DNA of 64,000 nt from Candidatus Aminicenantes bacterium (GCA_963796835.1 CAWCND010000015.1:101386-165385); one strand, 5' to 3'; shown: positions 18,931 to 30,669, counted from the first letter of the stretch. Program-made: numbers and translations. Notes: generated from the sequence alone by a model not told the origin.

Positions 18931-20505
18931 ATGAATAAGCGCGTGGCGGTCTCCCTGGCCCTCTTTCTCGCCGCCGTCGCCGTCTTTTCCCTTCTCTATT
19001 TCCACTCCCGGGACCTCCTCGAATTCGACAGCTACTTCCACGCCCGGATGGGCAAGTTGGTTCTCGAAAAGGGCCTGATCCACGATTTCCCGTGGATGTA
19101 CTTCACCTTCCAGAAGGACCACTATTCGGACCCCTATCTTTTCTTCCACATCTATCTCGGCCTCTGGATCAAGCTTCTCCCCCTAAGCCCTCTGGTCGCG
19201 GTCAAGCTGGCCATGCTCGTCCTCATCGGGCTCATCGCCGTCGTCTTTTTCAGGATCCTGAAGATCATCGACCCCAAGTGGGCCTGGCTGGGCATGGCAC
19301 TCCTCGCCGCCATGCTTTCGAGCCGCGTCGACCAAAGGCTGATCTTTGTGAGGCCCCACGTCCTATCCATCCTGCTCCTCCTCCTCGGCCTCTGGGCGAT
19401 CCTGATGAAAAAGTGGTGGGTCCTCGGAGCGGTCTCCTTCGTTTACGCGTATTCCTATTCGGCCCCGCACCTCCTCACCGTCGTCGCGCTCATCGCCAGC
19501 GCCGTTTTTTCGCTCAGGGAGAAACGGGTGGAATGGCGGCCCTTCGCCTTCTCCCTCGGCGGGCTGGCCGCGGGGTTCGTCGTGAACCCGTACTTCCCCC
19601 ACAACGTCAGCTACTTATACATCGTGACCTTCAAGATGGCCGCCGCGAACCTGCCCATCAGCCCGGCGGAGCTGATGCCCCTCTCGAGCTGGCAGGTCTT
19701 GACCATCAACTGGTTCAGTTTTCTGATGCTCTCCCTGAGCGTCCTGGCCGTCTTTATCTCGGCCAAGAAGCTGTCGGCCCGGACTCTTTTCCTATTCGTG
19801 ACGACCGGCTTCTTTTTCGTCCTGCTCATGCGGTCCTACCGTTTCATCGAATACTGGCCGTTCATCGCGGCCCTCGCCGTGGCCGCCATCGCGAGCGAAG
19901 TCGTGGTCCCCAGCCCGCTCTTCGGCCGGTTGATGACAAAGGCCGGCGGCCTGGCTTGCGCCGCGGTCTTTCTGGCCGTCGGGGCCTTCGGGGTCAAGCT
20001 GGCGTATAAAGAGACGACGTCCATCGTCCCGTATGCGTCCCTCAAGGAGGTGATGGACGTCCTCGACGGGGTGGCGAACCCGGGAGACATCGTCTACACC
20101 GATAACTGGGCTATGACGATGCCGATGTTCTACGTGTCGGACAAGGTCTATTATCTACTGATGTCGGACCCGCAGGCGATGTACGTGGCCTATCCCGGAC
20201 TGTTCGCGCTCTGGTACGCCATCAACACCGGCCGCGTTTCGGAAAAAGCCCTGCCCATCATCAAGGCCATCGAGGCCCGGGCCAGGGACCCGGAGATCTC
20301 CAAGTTGCGGGCTGACATGGAATCGGGCTCCGTCGTCAGCAGGCTGCCGGATATCATCCGGAGCGCCTTCCGGGCGAAATGGATCATCCTCTGCCACAAC
20401 CATCCCTACGCGGGCCAGGACCTGCGGCCGCTCATGGCCAGTTTCCCGATCGACATCGAGTTCGTGAAGGGGAACGAGTATTTCACCCTCTATCGTCTCC
20501 GGTAA
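18931..20505 (+). CDS. Polytopic membrane protein, probable GT-C (ArnT/PMT-like) glycosyltransferase
   Basis: About 11-13 hydrophobic segments; first-loop EFDSYFH; VRPHVLS; small soluble C-terminal domain; coupled to a GT2 gene. Confidence 0.6.
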   Translation: MNKRVAVSLALFLAAVAVFSLLYFHSRDLLEFDSYFHARMGKLVLEKGLIHDFPWMYFTFQKDHYSDPYLFFHIYLGLWIKLLPLSPLVAVKLAMLVLIGLIAVVFFRILKIIDPKWAWLGMALLAAMLSSRVDQRLIFVRPHVLSILLLLLGLWAILMKKWWVLGAVSFVYAYSYSAPHLLTVVALIASAVFSLREKRVEWRPFAFSLGGLAAGFVVNPYFPHNVSYLYIVTFKMAAANLPISPAELMPLSSWQVLTINWFSFLMLSLSVLAVFISAKKLSARTLFLFVTTGFFFVLLMRSYRFIEYWPFIAALAVAAIASEVVVPSPLFGRLMTKAGGLACAAVFLAVGAFGVKLAYKETTSIVPYASLKEVMDVLDGVANPGDIVYTDNWAMTMPMFYVSDKVYYLLMSDPQAMYVAYPGLFALWYAINTGRVSEKALPIIKAIEARARDPEISKLRADMESGSVVSRLPDIIRSAFRAKWIILCHNHPYAGQDLRPLMASFPIDIEFVKGNEYFTLYRLR

Positions 20506-20508
20506 GAG

Positions 20509-21204
20509 ATGAAGCTCTCGATCATCATCCCCGCCTACAACGAGGCCGGGACGATCCGCGAGGTCCTGACGGGCCTCGAAGCCGTCAGGTTCCCGGTCGA
20601 CCACGAGATCGTCATCGTCGACGACGCGAGCCTCGACCGGACGGGCGAGATCGTCACGGAATACTGCGAATCACGGAAGCCTGTCCGGCTGTTCACCAAT
20701 CCCGGGAATCTCGGCAAGGGCTCGTCCGTGAGGCGGGGGCTCGTGGAGGCGCTCGGCGACATCGTCATCGTTCAGGACGCGGACCTTGAGTACGACCCCC
20801 GGGATATCCCCGCCCTGATCCAGCCGATCGTCGAGGGAAAGGCCGAGGCCGTCTACGGCACCCGCTTCCGAGGAAAGCGCTGGCCGGAGAAGATGGCGTT
20901 CCAGAACTGGGCCGCGAACAAGGTCCTGAACACGGCCGCGAACCTTCTTTTCAGGGCCCAGCTGACCGACGTCTCGTGCGGGTACAAGGCGGTCCGGACC
21001 GATCTCCTGAGATCTCTCTCCCTGCGCTGCCGGGGGTTCGAATTCTGCTTCGAGGTCACGGCGAAGCTGAAGAACCGGGGGGTGCAGATCGAAGAGCTGC
21101 CGATCTCCTATGAAGCCCGCAACCGGAAGGAAGGCAAGAAGATCCGCCACAAGGACTTTTTCATAGCCCTCTGGACCCTCATCCGGTACAGATTCGGGGG
21201 CTAG
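20509..21204 (+). CDS. GT2 family glycosyltransferase (DPM1-like polyprenol-phosphate sugar synthase)
   Basis: IIPAYNE; IVDDASLD; NLGKG; QDADLEYDP; TDVSCGYK; GFEFCFEVT. Confidence 0.92.
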   Translation: MKLSIIIPAYNEAGTIREVLTGLEAVRFPVDHEIVIVDDASLDRTGEIVTEYCESRKPVRLFTNPGNLGKGSSVRRGLVEALGDIVIVQDADLEYDPRDIPALIQPIVEGKAEAVYGTRFRGKRWPEKMAFQNWAANKVLNTAANLLFRAQLTDVSCGYKAVRTDLLRSLSLRCRGFEFCFEVTAKLKNRGVQIEELPISYEARNRKEGKKIRHKDFFIALWTLIRYRFGG

Positions 21205-21229
21205 GGTCCCCCGGGTTTTTCCCATCCGG

Positions 21230-22654
21230 TTAAGATATTTGCCCGGTTGCGGGAATCGCCGACTTGGCTTTGATCTTCTTGTATTCCTTGATCACCAGGA
21301 AGCAGAACAGGATCCAGATCGCAGTGACCCCGACGTTGACCAGGGCCAGACGTTCCACACTGAAGTGCAGGTATTGCATGCCGATGACGAACGTGAGGAA
21401 GGCAAGGGTATCGCCGGTCCTGTAAAAAAACGTATCAGCCGCGGCCTTGCCCTTGTACTTTTCCTCTCGCGAGGTGATAAGGAACAGAGCTCCCTTGGTC
21501 GTGTTCATGAGGGAATAATCCAGGCCGTTCTCAAAACCCTTGGCCCACTTGACCAACAACAAGGACGCCCCCAACCCCCCGATCAGGCCGTATCCGCCCA
21601 GGGCGATGAAGGGCAGGATGAGGAGGGCCCCGCTGACGCCGACCCGTTTGAAGATGCGCGATACGAGGAAGAGCTGGACGACCATGGCGATGATATTGTA
21701 CAAGAGGTTATAGTCCGCGTAGAGGCCGGCCGTGAACTGGGCCTCCATCCCCCCTGCCATCCCGGCGTGGATCGCCTTGGCGGCGGTCTGTTTGACGACA
21801 AAGCCCCAGATGTTTTCCCCCTGGTAATTGACATAATTCAGGCAGAGGATCAGCAGGGCATAGAACAGGAGGTATCGGCTCTTGAAGACCAGGCTAAACC
21901 CGCCTCCTTTCGCCAGGGGTCGTTCCTTGCTTTTTTCTTCTTCCAGGATCTTGGGCTCGCCTTTGCCGGCCCTTTCCCGGATGTGTCTGATCTCCCTTTT
22001 GTGAATGACGATCGTCAGGGCGATGCAAATGCCCAGGACGCCGGCCGCCATCAGCATCATGCCGGAGTCGAAATGGCGCCCCAGAGGCTTGATGATCATG
22101 TTGGCGATCGCGCTCCCGAAGGCGGCGCCGCATGTCGAGCCGATGGCGATCATGGGGAACAGCCGCTTCCCGGATTCGTCGGTGTAGATATCGGCGGCAA
22201 AGCTCCAGAACTGGGCCACGGTCATGATATTGAAGATGCCGACCCAGATGAAAAAGGCGATGGCCCGCGTCCCCACCGGCACCCCCCAGACTTTGAGGAG
22301 GCAAAAGAGGACCAGGTTGGAGATGAAAAAGAGCGTGACCCAAGCGATCAGGAGGTGCCGCGCGACTTTCGAGGCCAGCCGGCTGAACCCTTTGACCACA
22401 AAGATGAACAGGATGGCCTGGGCAGCGGCCAGAGAGCTTCTGACGAACGGACCCTTTGAGGATATCACGAGGGCTTCCCGAACGGGCTTGATGAGATAGT
22501 AGGCCAGGAGCAGGAGGAAGACGTTGAGCGTCAGGAGGAGGGCGGTGACCGCCTCCCCTTGTTTAATGTCCGTGAAGAGCCTGAGAAAGCGATAGGCGAT
22601 CCCCGGCGCTTCCTGGCCCGGCCTTTCCACCCCGATCGACGCTGAACTCTCCAT
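21230..22654 (-). CDS. Npt1/Npt2-like (TLC/AAA, MFS-fold) nucleotide-transporter family protein
   Basis: AYYLIKPVREAL; FFIWVGIFNIMTVAQFWSFAADIY; GKRLFPMIAIG; DYSLMNTT; KYKGKAAADTFFYRTGD. Confidence 0.78.
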   Translation of the reverse strand: MESSASIGVERPGQEAPGIAYRFLRLFTDIKQGEAVTALLLTLNVFLLLLAYYLIKPVREALVISSKGPFVRSSLAAAQAILFIFVVKGFSRLASKVARHLLIAWVTLFFISNLVLFCLLKVWGVPVGTRAIAFFIWVGIFNIMTVAQFWSFAADIYTDESGKRLFPMIAIGSTCGAAFGSAIANMIIKPLGRHFDSGMMLMAAGVLGICIALTIVIHKREIRHIRERAGKGEPKILEEEKSKERPLAKGGGFSLVFKSRYLLFYALLILCLNYVNYQGENIWGFVVKQTAAKAIHAGMAGGMEAQFTAGLYADYNLLYNIIAMVVQLFLVSRIFKRVGVSGALLILPFIALGGYGLIGGLGASLLLVKWAKGFENGLDYSLMNTTKGALFLITSREEKYKGKAAADTFFYRTGDTLAFLTFVIGMQYLHFSVERLALVNVGVTAIWILFCFLVIKEYKKIKAKSAIPATGQIS

Positions 22655-22832
22655 CGGTTCCCCCTTTCCTCCTTGTCTCGAGATCATGGTTTGGGGATAG
22701 GAAACGTGGCCCCCATCTTGGGATGATGATAGCGCCGGCCGCCGGCCCCGGTCAAGGGGGTCGGATCCAAAGTTGACTCGCCTGTTCTTTATTGCTAATC
22801 TTGGCCCAAACCGACCCGAAGGGGGGTCAGGC

Positions 22833-25366
22833 ATGGAAATCGGCCTTCGGTCCAAGACTCTGTGCCGCTTCGCCAAGATCAAGCCCGGCGAGGAGAAGCT
22901 CGCCTTCCTGCTTTTCTCCTATTTTTTCCTCATCGCCGCCCCTCACACCATCATCAACGCCCTCCGGACAACCGATTTCCTGCGGAGAATGACACCCGCG
23001 AAACTCCCGTACGCTTACCTCTCCGCGGTTGTCATCAGCGGCCTGGTCGTCTTCCTTTATTCCAAGGTCCAGATCAACACGTCCATCCGGGCTTTGATCA
23101 CCTCAAGTCTCGTCTTCTTTGCCGTCTCGGGGATCTTCCTGCAATGGGTCCTTCAGACGCGCTACGGCAGGGATAGCGCATTTATTGGATATTATTACTG
23201 GACCTGGGCCAGCGTCTTGATCGTTGTCCTCATCACCGGATTCTGGACGATCATCAACGATATCTATAATCCCAGGGAAGCCAAGCGCCTGATCGGGTTC
23301 CTCAACAGCGGCGGGATCCTGGGCGGAGTCCTGGGCGGGCTGCTGGTGGGGTTCCTGTCAGAGACCTTTCTCGGCGTCTGGTTGATGCCCCTGGCCTGCG
23401 CCATGCTCCTCGGCAGCGTCTTCGTCGTCCGGGCCATTTTTGTGGCCAAGGAGAGCCAGCCGTCCAAGGAGGGCCAGGAACCGGTGGACGAGTGTTCCGC
23501 GAAAGGCGAAAAGCCGGCTTCCTCGACAGCTTCGGTGCGGTCCGGAAAGACAGGTTCCTTATTCTTATCGCCGTGATCGTGGCCATCGGGGTCATCGTCT
23601 CGACATGCATCGAATTCCAATTCCTCTCCGCCTCCTACCTGAATTTTGACGGCAGGCCGAAAGCCCTGCAGTCCTTCTTCGGTTTTTTCGAACCCGCCTT
23701 GACCGTCTTCGCCCTCTTCCTGAATTTCCTGATGGCGGGATATCTCCTCAGGAAGCTCGACGCAGCCCATTCCCTGCTTCTCAATCCGGCAGTGATCCTG
23801 GCCTGCTCCTTGACCATCCTTCTCATTCCTTTTAAACTTTTTTCCGGAATTCTCATCAGGGGGAGTGACGAAAGCCTGACCTTCTCCGTGAGCCATCCGA
23901 TCCGGGAGATCCTCTACATCCCCGTCCCCGCCCGTCTGAGACACAAGGCCAAGGCCTTCATCGAGATGTTCGTCAGCCAGTTCGCCAAGGTCATCGGGGC
24001 CCTCGTCCTCCTCGCCTTCGCCCTTCTCCTGAATAAGCCCATCGAGGGTGGCACTCCCGTATTCAACGCGGGCCTGGCCAAGTATCTGAGCTGGGTCATC
24101 ATCGCCTTCCTCATTCCATGGGCATTTTTCAATCTGAAGATCGGGAAGGAGTACCTCGCGACCCTCAAGGGGAACATCAAGCCGCTCTGGGACCGGGCCG
24201 AGAAAGACGTGACGAAAAAGCTCGACGTCGGATACGCTAAGCTCGTCTTTGACACCATCGACAGCCGCGACTGGAGCTCCGTCCTCTACGCGCTCCACAT
24301 CTTCGACCTTCTGGCCCGGGACGAGCTCAGCCCGGACATCAAAAAGATCATCGAAGAGAAATCCGGAGAAGTCCGGGCCACGGCCCTTGCGGGCCGTTTC
24401 GCGGCCGGAGGGGCCGCCCAATTCCCGGAGATCCCCGACGAGATCCGGCCCCAGGACATCCTGACCGAGATCCCCCTCATCGTATCCTCCGACGACTATC
24501 AGCAAGTGATGCAAGCCTACCTGGACAAGGTGCTGGCGGAGAAGCAGGATTCGGAGATCCACAAGATGGAGCTGGCCAAGGTCATGGGCCTGATGGATCC
24601 GGCCTCCCCCCTGGCCGACCGGCTGACCGGGCTCATCGATGACCCCTCTCCGAGGGTCTCCTGCTTCGCCCTGAAGAGCGCGGCCAGGCTCAAGCGGGCG
24701 GCCGACATCCCGGCGATCATCCGGAAGCTGGGCAATTTCGTGACCCTGGAGGACGCCGTGGACGCCTTGCACAACTACGGTGACGCGGCGACCGGAGCGC
24801 TTGAAGACAACCTGCGTGACGTCTCGAAGGCGATGGTCCTGAGGATGGCCGTGGTCGAGGTCCTGGCCCGGATCGGGACGCGGAGGGCCGTCCTGGCCTT
24901 GATGGAGGAGCTGGAGCACGGGGACGCCGGGCTGGAGGAGGCCCTCATCGACGCCCTGGACCGCGTCCGCGCGGAAAATCCCGAGATCCCGTTATCCGCG
25001 TGGGCGCTCAAAAAGAAAACCTACTCGTTCATCAAGAAGTACTGCCAAACCTTCATCGACATCCAAGGCCTGGGTCCCGGCGAGGAGACGGCGGCGCTCC
25101 GGCAGCACCTGGACAGGAACCTGGAGGTCTATTTCGCGGAGATCTTCAAACTCCTGGGCTTGTATTATCCGCAGGAAGACATCCGCACGGCCTACCAGAA
25201 TATCCGGAAAGGCACCAGGAACTCGGTGGCCAACGCGGTCGAATGGCTCGACAACGCCCTGAAAAAAGACCTCAAGGACGCTCTCCTTCCGATTGTCGAA
25301 GACCTCGACCCCGCGGAAAAGAAGGCGAGGATCCAAAAAGTCCTTAAGAATTTTCCCGTTCTTTAG
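22833..25366 (+). CDS. Npt/TLC-like transporter fused to a HEAT-repeat domain; one frameshift at an A-run near 23510
   Basis: IKPGEEKLAFLLF; FWTIINDIYNPREAKRLIGF; REILYIPVP..KAKAFIEMFVSQFAK; then HEAT-like helices (DDPSPRVSCFALKSA, RNSVANAVEWLDN). Confidence 0.78.
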
Positions 25367-25423
25367 GCGTTTCCCCCCTTGACGGGGGACGGCTCGCAAG
25401 AGTGAGTTCTTGTGGGCCGCCAC

Positions 25424-27620
25424 TTATTTCGGGACGATCGCGGCCAGCGCCGCTTTAACCCTCTCCTTCGTCATCGGGAGCTGATACAGCCGGGCGCCCG
25501 TCGCGTCGAAGACGGCGTTGGCCACGACCGCGCCCATGTTGGTGATGGCCGGCTCGCCGCCGCCCGAGGGCGGCAGCTCGTCGTTTTCGACGAGGACCGT
25601 CTCGATCTTCGGCAGCCAGGAGAAGCGCGGGATGTCGTAGGTGTCGAAGTTGAGGTCCAGGATCTCGCCGCCCTTGAAGTGGATCTCCTCCGCCAGGGCG
25701 TAGCCCAGCCCCATGGTGATGCAGCCTTCGATCTGGATGCGTCGCGCCCTCGGGATTGACGGCACTGGCCCATGTCCTGGGCGCAGACCACCCGCTTGAC
25801 CTGGACCCCGCCCGTTGTCTTTATCGACAGCGACTTCGGCGACGGCCGCGACATAGGTCCCGGCGTAGTCGGCGCAGGCGAGGCCGAAGCCGCGGCCGCT
25901 CGGCGCTTCGGCCGGCGTCCAGCCGAATTTGTCCGCGGCGGCCATGAGGACGCGCCTCATCCGCGTGGTCGGTCAGGTTCTTCAGCCGGAACTCGAGGGG
26001 GTCCATCTTCGCCTTCGCGGCCATGATGTCGATCTGGCGATTCGCGGGCGAAGATGTTGGTGTTGCTGGCCGGGCGCCCGCCAGGCGCCGACGTGCGAAC
26101 GGATGGGCGCTGGGCGCGCCTCCCCGCCGCCGCCCCATCCGCCGACGGAAACCGTCCGGTGGTGGGGGATGTCGTAGAAATGCGCGGAGCTCCGCTCGCC
26201 GGCGAAATAGACGTCGTAGTCCCAGAGGACGATCTTCCCCGCCGCGTCGATCCCGGACTTGATCTTGACGACCGCCGCCGGCCGGAACGTGTCCTAGAAG
26301 AACTCGTCGGCCCGGGTCCAGGCGACCTGAACGGGCTTGCCCGTGAGCTTGGCCAGCCTGGCCGCCTGCGACGGCCTGCGGTGGGCGCTCTTGCCGCCGA
26401 ATCCGCCGCCGACGAAGGGCGATGATGACATGGACGTTCTCGCGGCGGAAGGCCCAGCGCCTGGGCGATCTCGTCCTGCAGCCCGGAAAGGCGTCTGGGT
26501 CGAGGCCCAGACCGTGGCCTTGTCCGCCCTCGAGCTTGACCAGGGCCGTGTGCGTCTCCATGGGGGCGTGGGCGACGTAGCTGTTCAGGTAGGTCTCGTC
26601 GAAGACGGCAGACGAGCCGGCCTCTGCCCTGCCTCGAGGTCGCCGCCCTGGGCGACCGTCCTGGCCGCGCGGGGCGTTCTTGAGCAGATGGTCGAAGATG
26701 TTCTTGTCGTCGAGCTCGGAGCCGGACGGTCCCACTCGGCCTTGATCGCGGCCAGCGCCTTCTCGGCGACGTCGGGATACTCGTGGAGGGCGGCGACGAG
26801 GTCGCCGTCCCGGACGACCTTGACCCCGGCGATCTTCTCGGCCGCCGGAGGCGTCGAGCGTTTTGAGCTTGGCGCCGTGGGCGGGCGGCCGCAGGACCGT
26901 CGCGTAGAGCATGCCCGGGCACGCGGATGTCGCCGGCATACTTGGCCTTGCCCGTGACCTTGTCCGCGGCCGTCGCGTGCAGGGCGGGCTTGCCCATGAC
27001 CTTGAATTCGGCACGGGCTTCGAGCGCGGCTTCGGCGTGATGTGCCGCTCGATCGTCTTTCCCCGGGCGAGCTCGCCGTAGGTGACCTTGTTCTTGGCGT
27101 TCGTCCTGTCGAAGACCGACCCCGTCCTTGGCCGGAGCCGGTCCGCCGGGCAGCCTTGAGCTTCTCGGAGGCCAGCTCGAGGAGGACGGCCCGGGCTTCG
27201 GCCGCGGCCGCGCGAAGGGCCGGGCCGAAGAAGCGCGTCGTCATGCGAGCCGAACGTCCCCATGTCATAGGGGCAGAGGTCGGTGTCGCCCATGACCATG
27301 TCGACGGAGGAGCGGCGACGTCCAGCTCCTCGGCCAGCATCTGCGGAAGCGAGGTCATGGCGCCCTGGCCCTGCTCGATCTTGCCGGTGAAGCAGGTCAC
27401 CCGGCCGTCCGCGCCGATCCGGAGGAAAGCGTTGAAATCGTCGGGATAGCATCGGCCCGCCGGCCGCGCCGCTGGGCCCCTTCCTGAGGCAGCGGGCCTC
27501 GCCGAGGGCGACGCAAGACGAGGATGCCGCCGCCCGTGAGCTTGAGGAAATCCCGCCGGCTGAGGGCGTCTGGCTGAACGTTCTCGAGTCGGATATTCGT
27601 CGTAGCTATTCGTCTTTCAT
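25424..27620 (-). CDS. Xanthine dehydrogenase-family molybdopterin-binding subunit (IorB-like); multiple frameshifts
   Basis: Tat-like [12 protein letters not shown]; [23 protein letters not shown]; [14 protein letters not shown]; GGFGGK region; [14 protein letters not shown]; SGGGEPAI; [12 protein letters not shown]. Confidence 0.85.
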
Positions 27621-28104
27621 GCGCTTCCGGCTCCTCGAATGGCGGCGGCCGCGTCTTGAACGGCCTGGACGATGCGGTTGTGGGCGCCGCAGCGGCAGAG
27701 GTTACCCTCGAGGGCCGTCCAGGATATCCTTCTCGCGCCGGGCCGGGGTCTTCGACCGGAGCAGCCCGTAGGCCGTGAGGATCATCCCCGACGTGCAGTA
27801 GCCGCATTGGAGGGCGTCGTGCTTCATGAAGGCCTCCTGGAGCGGGTGAAGCGTCCCGTCTTGCGCCAGGCCCTCGATCGTCAGGACCTTCTTGCCTTCG
27901 ACGGTCTTTGAGCGGGGTCTGGCAGGACCGGACGGCCTCGCCGTTGACGATGACCGTGCAGGCCCCGCAGAAACCCTCCCCGCAGCCGAATTTCGTCCCC
28001 GTGAGGCCGAGGTCCGTCCGGAGGACCCAGAGGAGCATGCGCTCCGGGTCGGTCGGACGGCTCACGGGCTTGCCGTTCAGCGTGAATCGGATGGTTCGGT
28101 CCAT
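27617..28104 (-). CDS. (2Fe-2S)-binding subunit (IorA/CoxS-like); frameshifted
   Basis: [20 protein letters not shown]; [11 protein letters not shown]; NLCRCGAH. Confidence 0.88.
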
Positions 28105-28318
28105 GGACGTCTCCTCTTCAGCGCGATGCTGTGATTTCCCATGCGTTAATGGAAAAAATAACACTTTCGGGAAGTGATGTCAAAAAATATTAGGTTTCGG
28201 AGGGTCCAAATTAACTAATTGATAATAATATAGATGGTCCATTCTTGGGCCGTCTTTTAGTTTTGAGTCCTTGTTCCAGCGTTTCAGCGGCCAAAAAGAC
28301 CGATTCGACCCCCAAAAA

Positions 28319-30141
28319 CTATGTGGGGGGGTGGAGGCGCTTATGGAGCCAAACGCGCAGGGCCTTCATCCGCTCGAGCTGGTAGGCCGGGGCCCTCCGC
28401 CGGCAGGCGGCCCTCTCCGCGCTCCCTTCGGGCGCTCCCCACCTCGTCTCAATGCAGTCGTTCGGGTTGTAGCCCATTTCGAGGGCCTCTTTCCGCTCGA
28501 AGATGTCGCCAAGGGTCAGCGTCTGGGGCTTGCCGTCCGACCGGACGTAGGTGATGGTCGAGCTCCGCCGCCCACCTCTTCTCAAGGGCCAGCATCTCGT
28601 CCCTCACCCTTTCCGGAGCCTTCTTCTCCGGGATCCCGAACTCCTTCGGGTTCTTCGCCACTTTATCCGGGAACCCGAGGATCGTATCGATGCCGATGAG
28701 CAGACGCAGGTCCCTGTTGGGGGTCGAGAAATCCTCCCATTGCCCCGTGGTCTGGAAAACTGCCGAGCCGCCCACCGGCATCGGGATGACGGCCCCGGGA
28801 TGGGCCTTCATATAGTTTTCGCCGACGGCTACGGACCCGACCCTGACGATCAGCTGCTCATGGAAAGCCAGGAACATGTCTCGGAAAGCGCCCCCGGCAT
28901 CGAGAGGGTCCGGGTTGATGAGTTTCTCCATGGCCGCGTAGAACGCCCCGGCGGGCATCTTCTCCTGCTCCAGGGAGTAATTCCCGTAATCGGGGCTCTT
29001 CTCGATCTCCTCGTTCGTCAGAAGCCGCGGCCGCCCGCCCATCGAGGACGATCGGCCTGAAGGCCTTGAAGCCCGGCTCGCCGACCACCTCCCGGGTGTT
29101 GAAGAGGAAATTCCCCTCCCAGAAGCGCTTGATGCCGATCGTGCCGTCGGGCTGGGCATCGACCGCGAGGAGCAATCCGGGACTCTTGGCGGATTGCGGG
29201 ACCCAGCGGACGATCGTCAGGGTGTGGCCGTAGGGGTCGGCGAAGACGGCGCCCGGCCTCAGGTCCTTCCGTGTCAAGGGCAGGGGGTAATAATCGGACT
29301 GGTCGGTCTTGAATTCCATCCGTCCGTTGCCGGCATGGACGGAGTTCTTGAGGAAGGGGAGCATGCGTCCGAAAGCCTGCGCCGGGTTGCCCCCTCCGCC
29401 GCTCAGGGAATCGTTCGTCCACCAGCGGAGGCCCCGCGGGGCCGAGTCCAGACTTCCCCAGCTGCACTCGTAGAAACCGAAAGGCAGCCCCATCTTCCAG
29501 GCGAAATAGGCCCGGAGGAAAAAGGGATTGTCGGCGCAGTCCGGCGTCATCTCGACCCGGTCCCGCCCGCCCGGGTCGTCCTCGCCGAGGCCGAGGTGGT
29601 CGAAGAGGAGGTTCCTCTCCGCGTCGTCGACGGCCTCATGAAGCGACGGCCACGAGGAGCGCTCGTCGGTGCCCTGAAAGAGCGCTTCGAGCCAGGCCGA
29701 GTAGAGGTCTTCGTCGGCCTTCGTCCAGCCTCTCTCGTTATCCCAGACGCCCCGCGTCTTTCTCGCCCGGGGCCCCGCGGATGGAACGTCGATCCAGGCG
29801 GCGCTCCCGGCTTTGCGGCCGTCTTTCATCACCGTCACCGCATAGCGGCCCGGGCGGCCGAGCCGGAATTCCGCGGCCTCCCAGAACGGCGGCCCCCCTC
29901 CCCTTCTGACTTTCAGTTGCGGAACGGGCCCGGACCCCGGCCCGGCCACCGTGATCTTGACATCGCGGAAGCCCGTTTCGAAGGACGCCAGGACCCTCAG
30001 CGTATCCCCGGGCTTAATGGATATCGGCGAGAGAAGAAGGCTGGGGGCCTGAGGGATATCGGCGCCTGCTGCGCCGGCGCCCGGTCCCGGTGCGGCCGTC
30101 GACAGGAGCAGCAAAAGGCAGAACGATAAGGAGAGCGACAC
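28319..30141 (-). CDS. Uncharacterised secreted protein with NlpC/P60-like Cys...His pattern; frameshifts near 29050 and 28555
   Basis: Signal peptide; DCADNPFFLRAYFAWKMGLPF; DLRPGAVFADPYGHTLTI; FSTPNRD; three overlapping ORFs join into one protein of about 600 aa. Confidence 0.6.
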
Positions 30142-30198
30142 GGCTCGGAACCTCGAGGACCGTTTCGATTCCGGAGATAGGGCCGTCGGCTTCCCGCC

Positions 30199-30669
30199 TT
30201 AGAAATAATACCGGAATCCGATGCCCCCGCCGATGGCGCCTTGGGTTTTGGGCGTCAGGTCGAGCATCGGGGCGAGCTCGACAAAGATCTCGACCGGGGT
30301 CCGCTGGAACTCATAGGAGATCCCGATCGGGACGCGGAAGCTTAATTTGGCATCGCCGTTCTCATCCTTGGTCTTGAAACGCCCGCCGAACCCGTAATAG
30401 AGGGCCATCCGGCCGGTATCGACGTGGAAAAGATCGAAGCTGTGGAAGAGCAGGTCCCCTTGGATCTGGAAAGAGGAGCCGTCGGCGAAGGACCAGGCCG
30501 CGGCCATGTCGATGGCGATCGTCTTTCCCGTCCAGTACTTGAAGCTCACCCCTGTGGGCTCCCCGAAGATGATCCCGATCCCGAGGTTGCCTCCCGTCCG
30601 GCCCGTCTGCGCGTGGGACGCCCCGGCGACGGCCACGAGCATGATAAAGATCAGAGCGGCTTTCTTCAT
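30199..30669 (-). CDS. Small outer-membrane beta-barrel protein (DUF3996-like)
   Basis: Signal peptide; NLGIGIIFGEPTGVSFKYW; alternating hydrophobic strands; ends GGGIGFRYYF. Confidence 0.75.
   Translation of the reverse strand: MKKAALIFIMLVAVAGASHAQTGRTGGNLGIGIIFGEPTGVSFKYWTGKTIAIDMAAAWSFADGSSFQIQGDLLFHSFDLFHVDTGRMALYYGFGGRFKTKDENGDAKLSFRVPIGISYEFQRTPVEIFVELAPMLDLTPKTQGAIGGGIGFRYYF

Noticed and set aside
25424-28104. IorAB-like genes as a finding
   Set aside because: This is a common two-gene molybdoenzyme, and its substrate cannot be inferred from the sequence.
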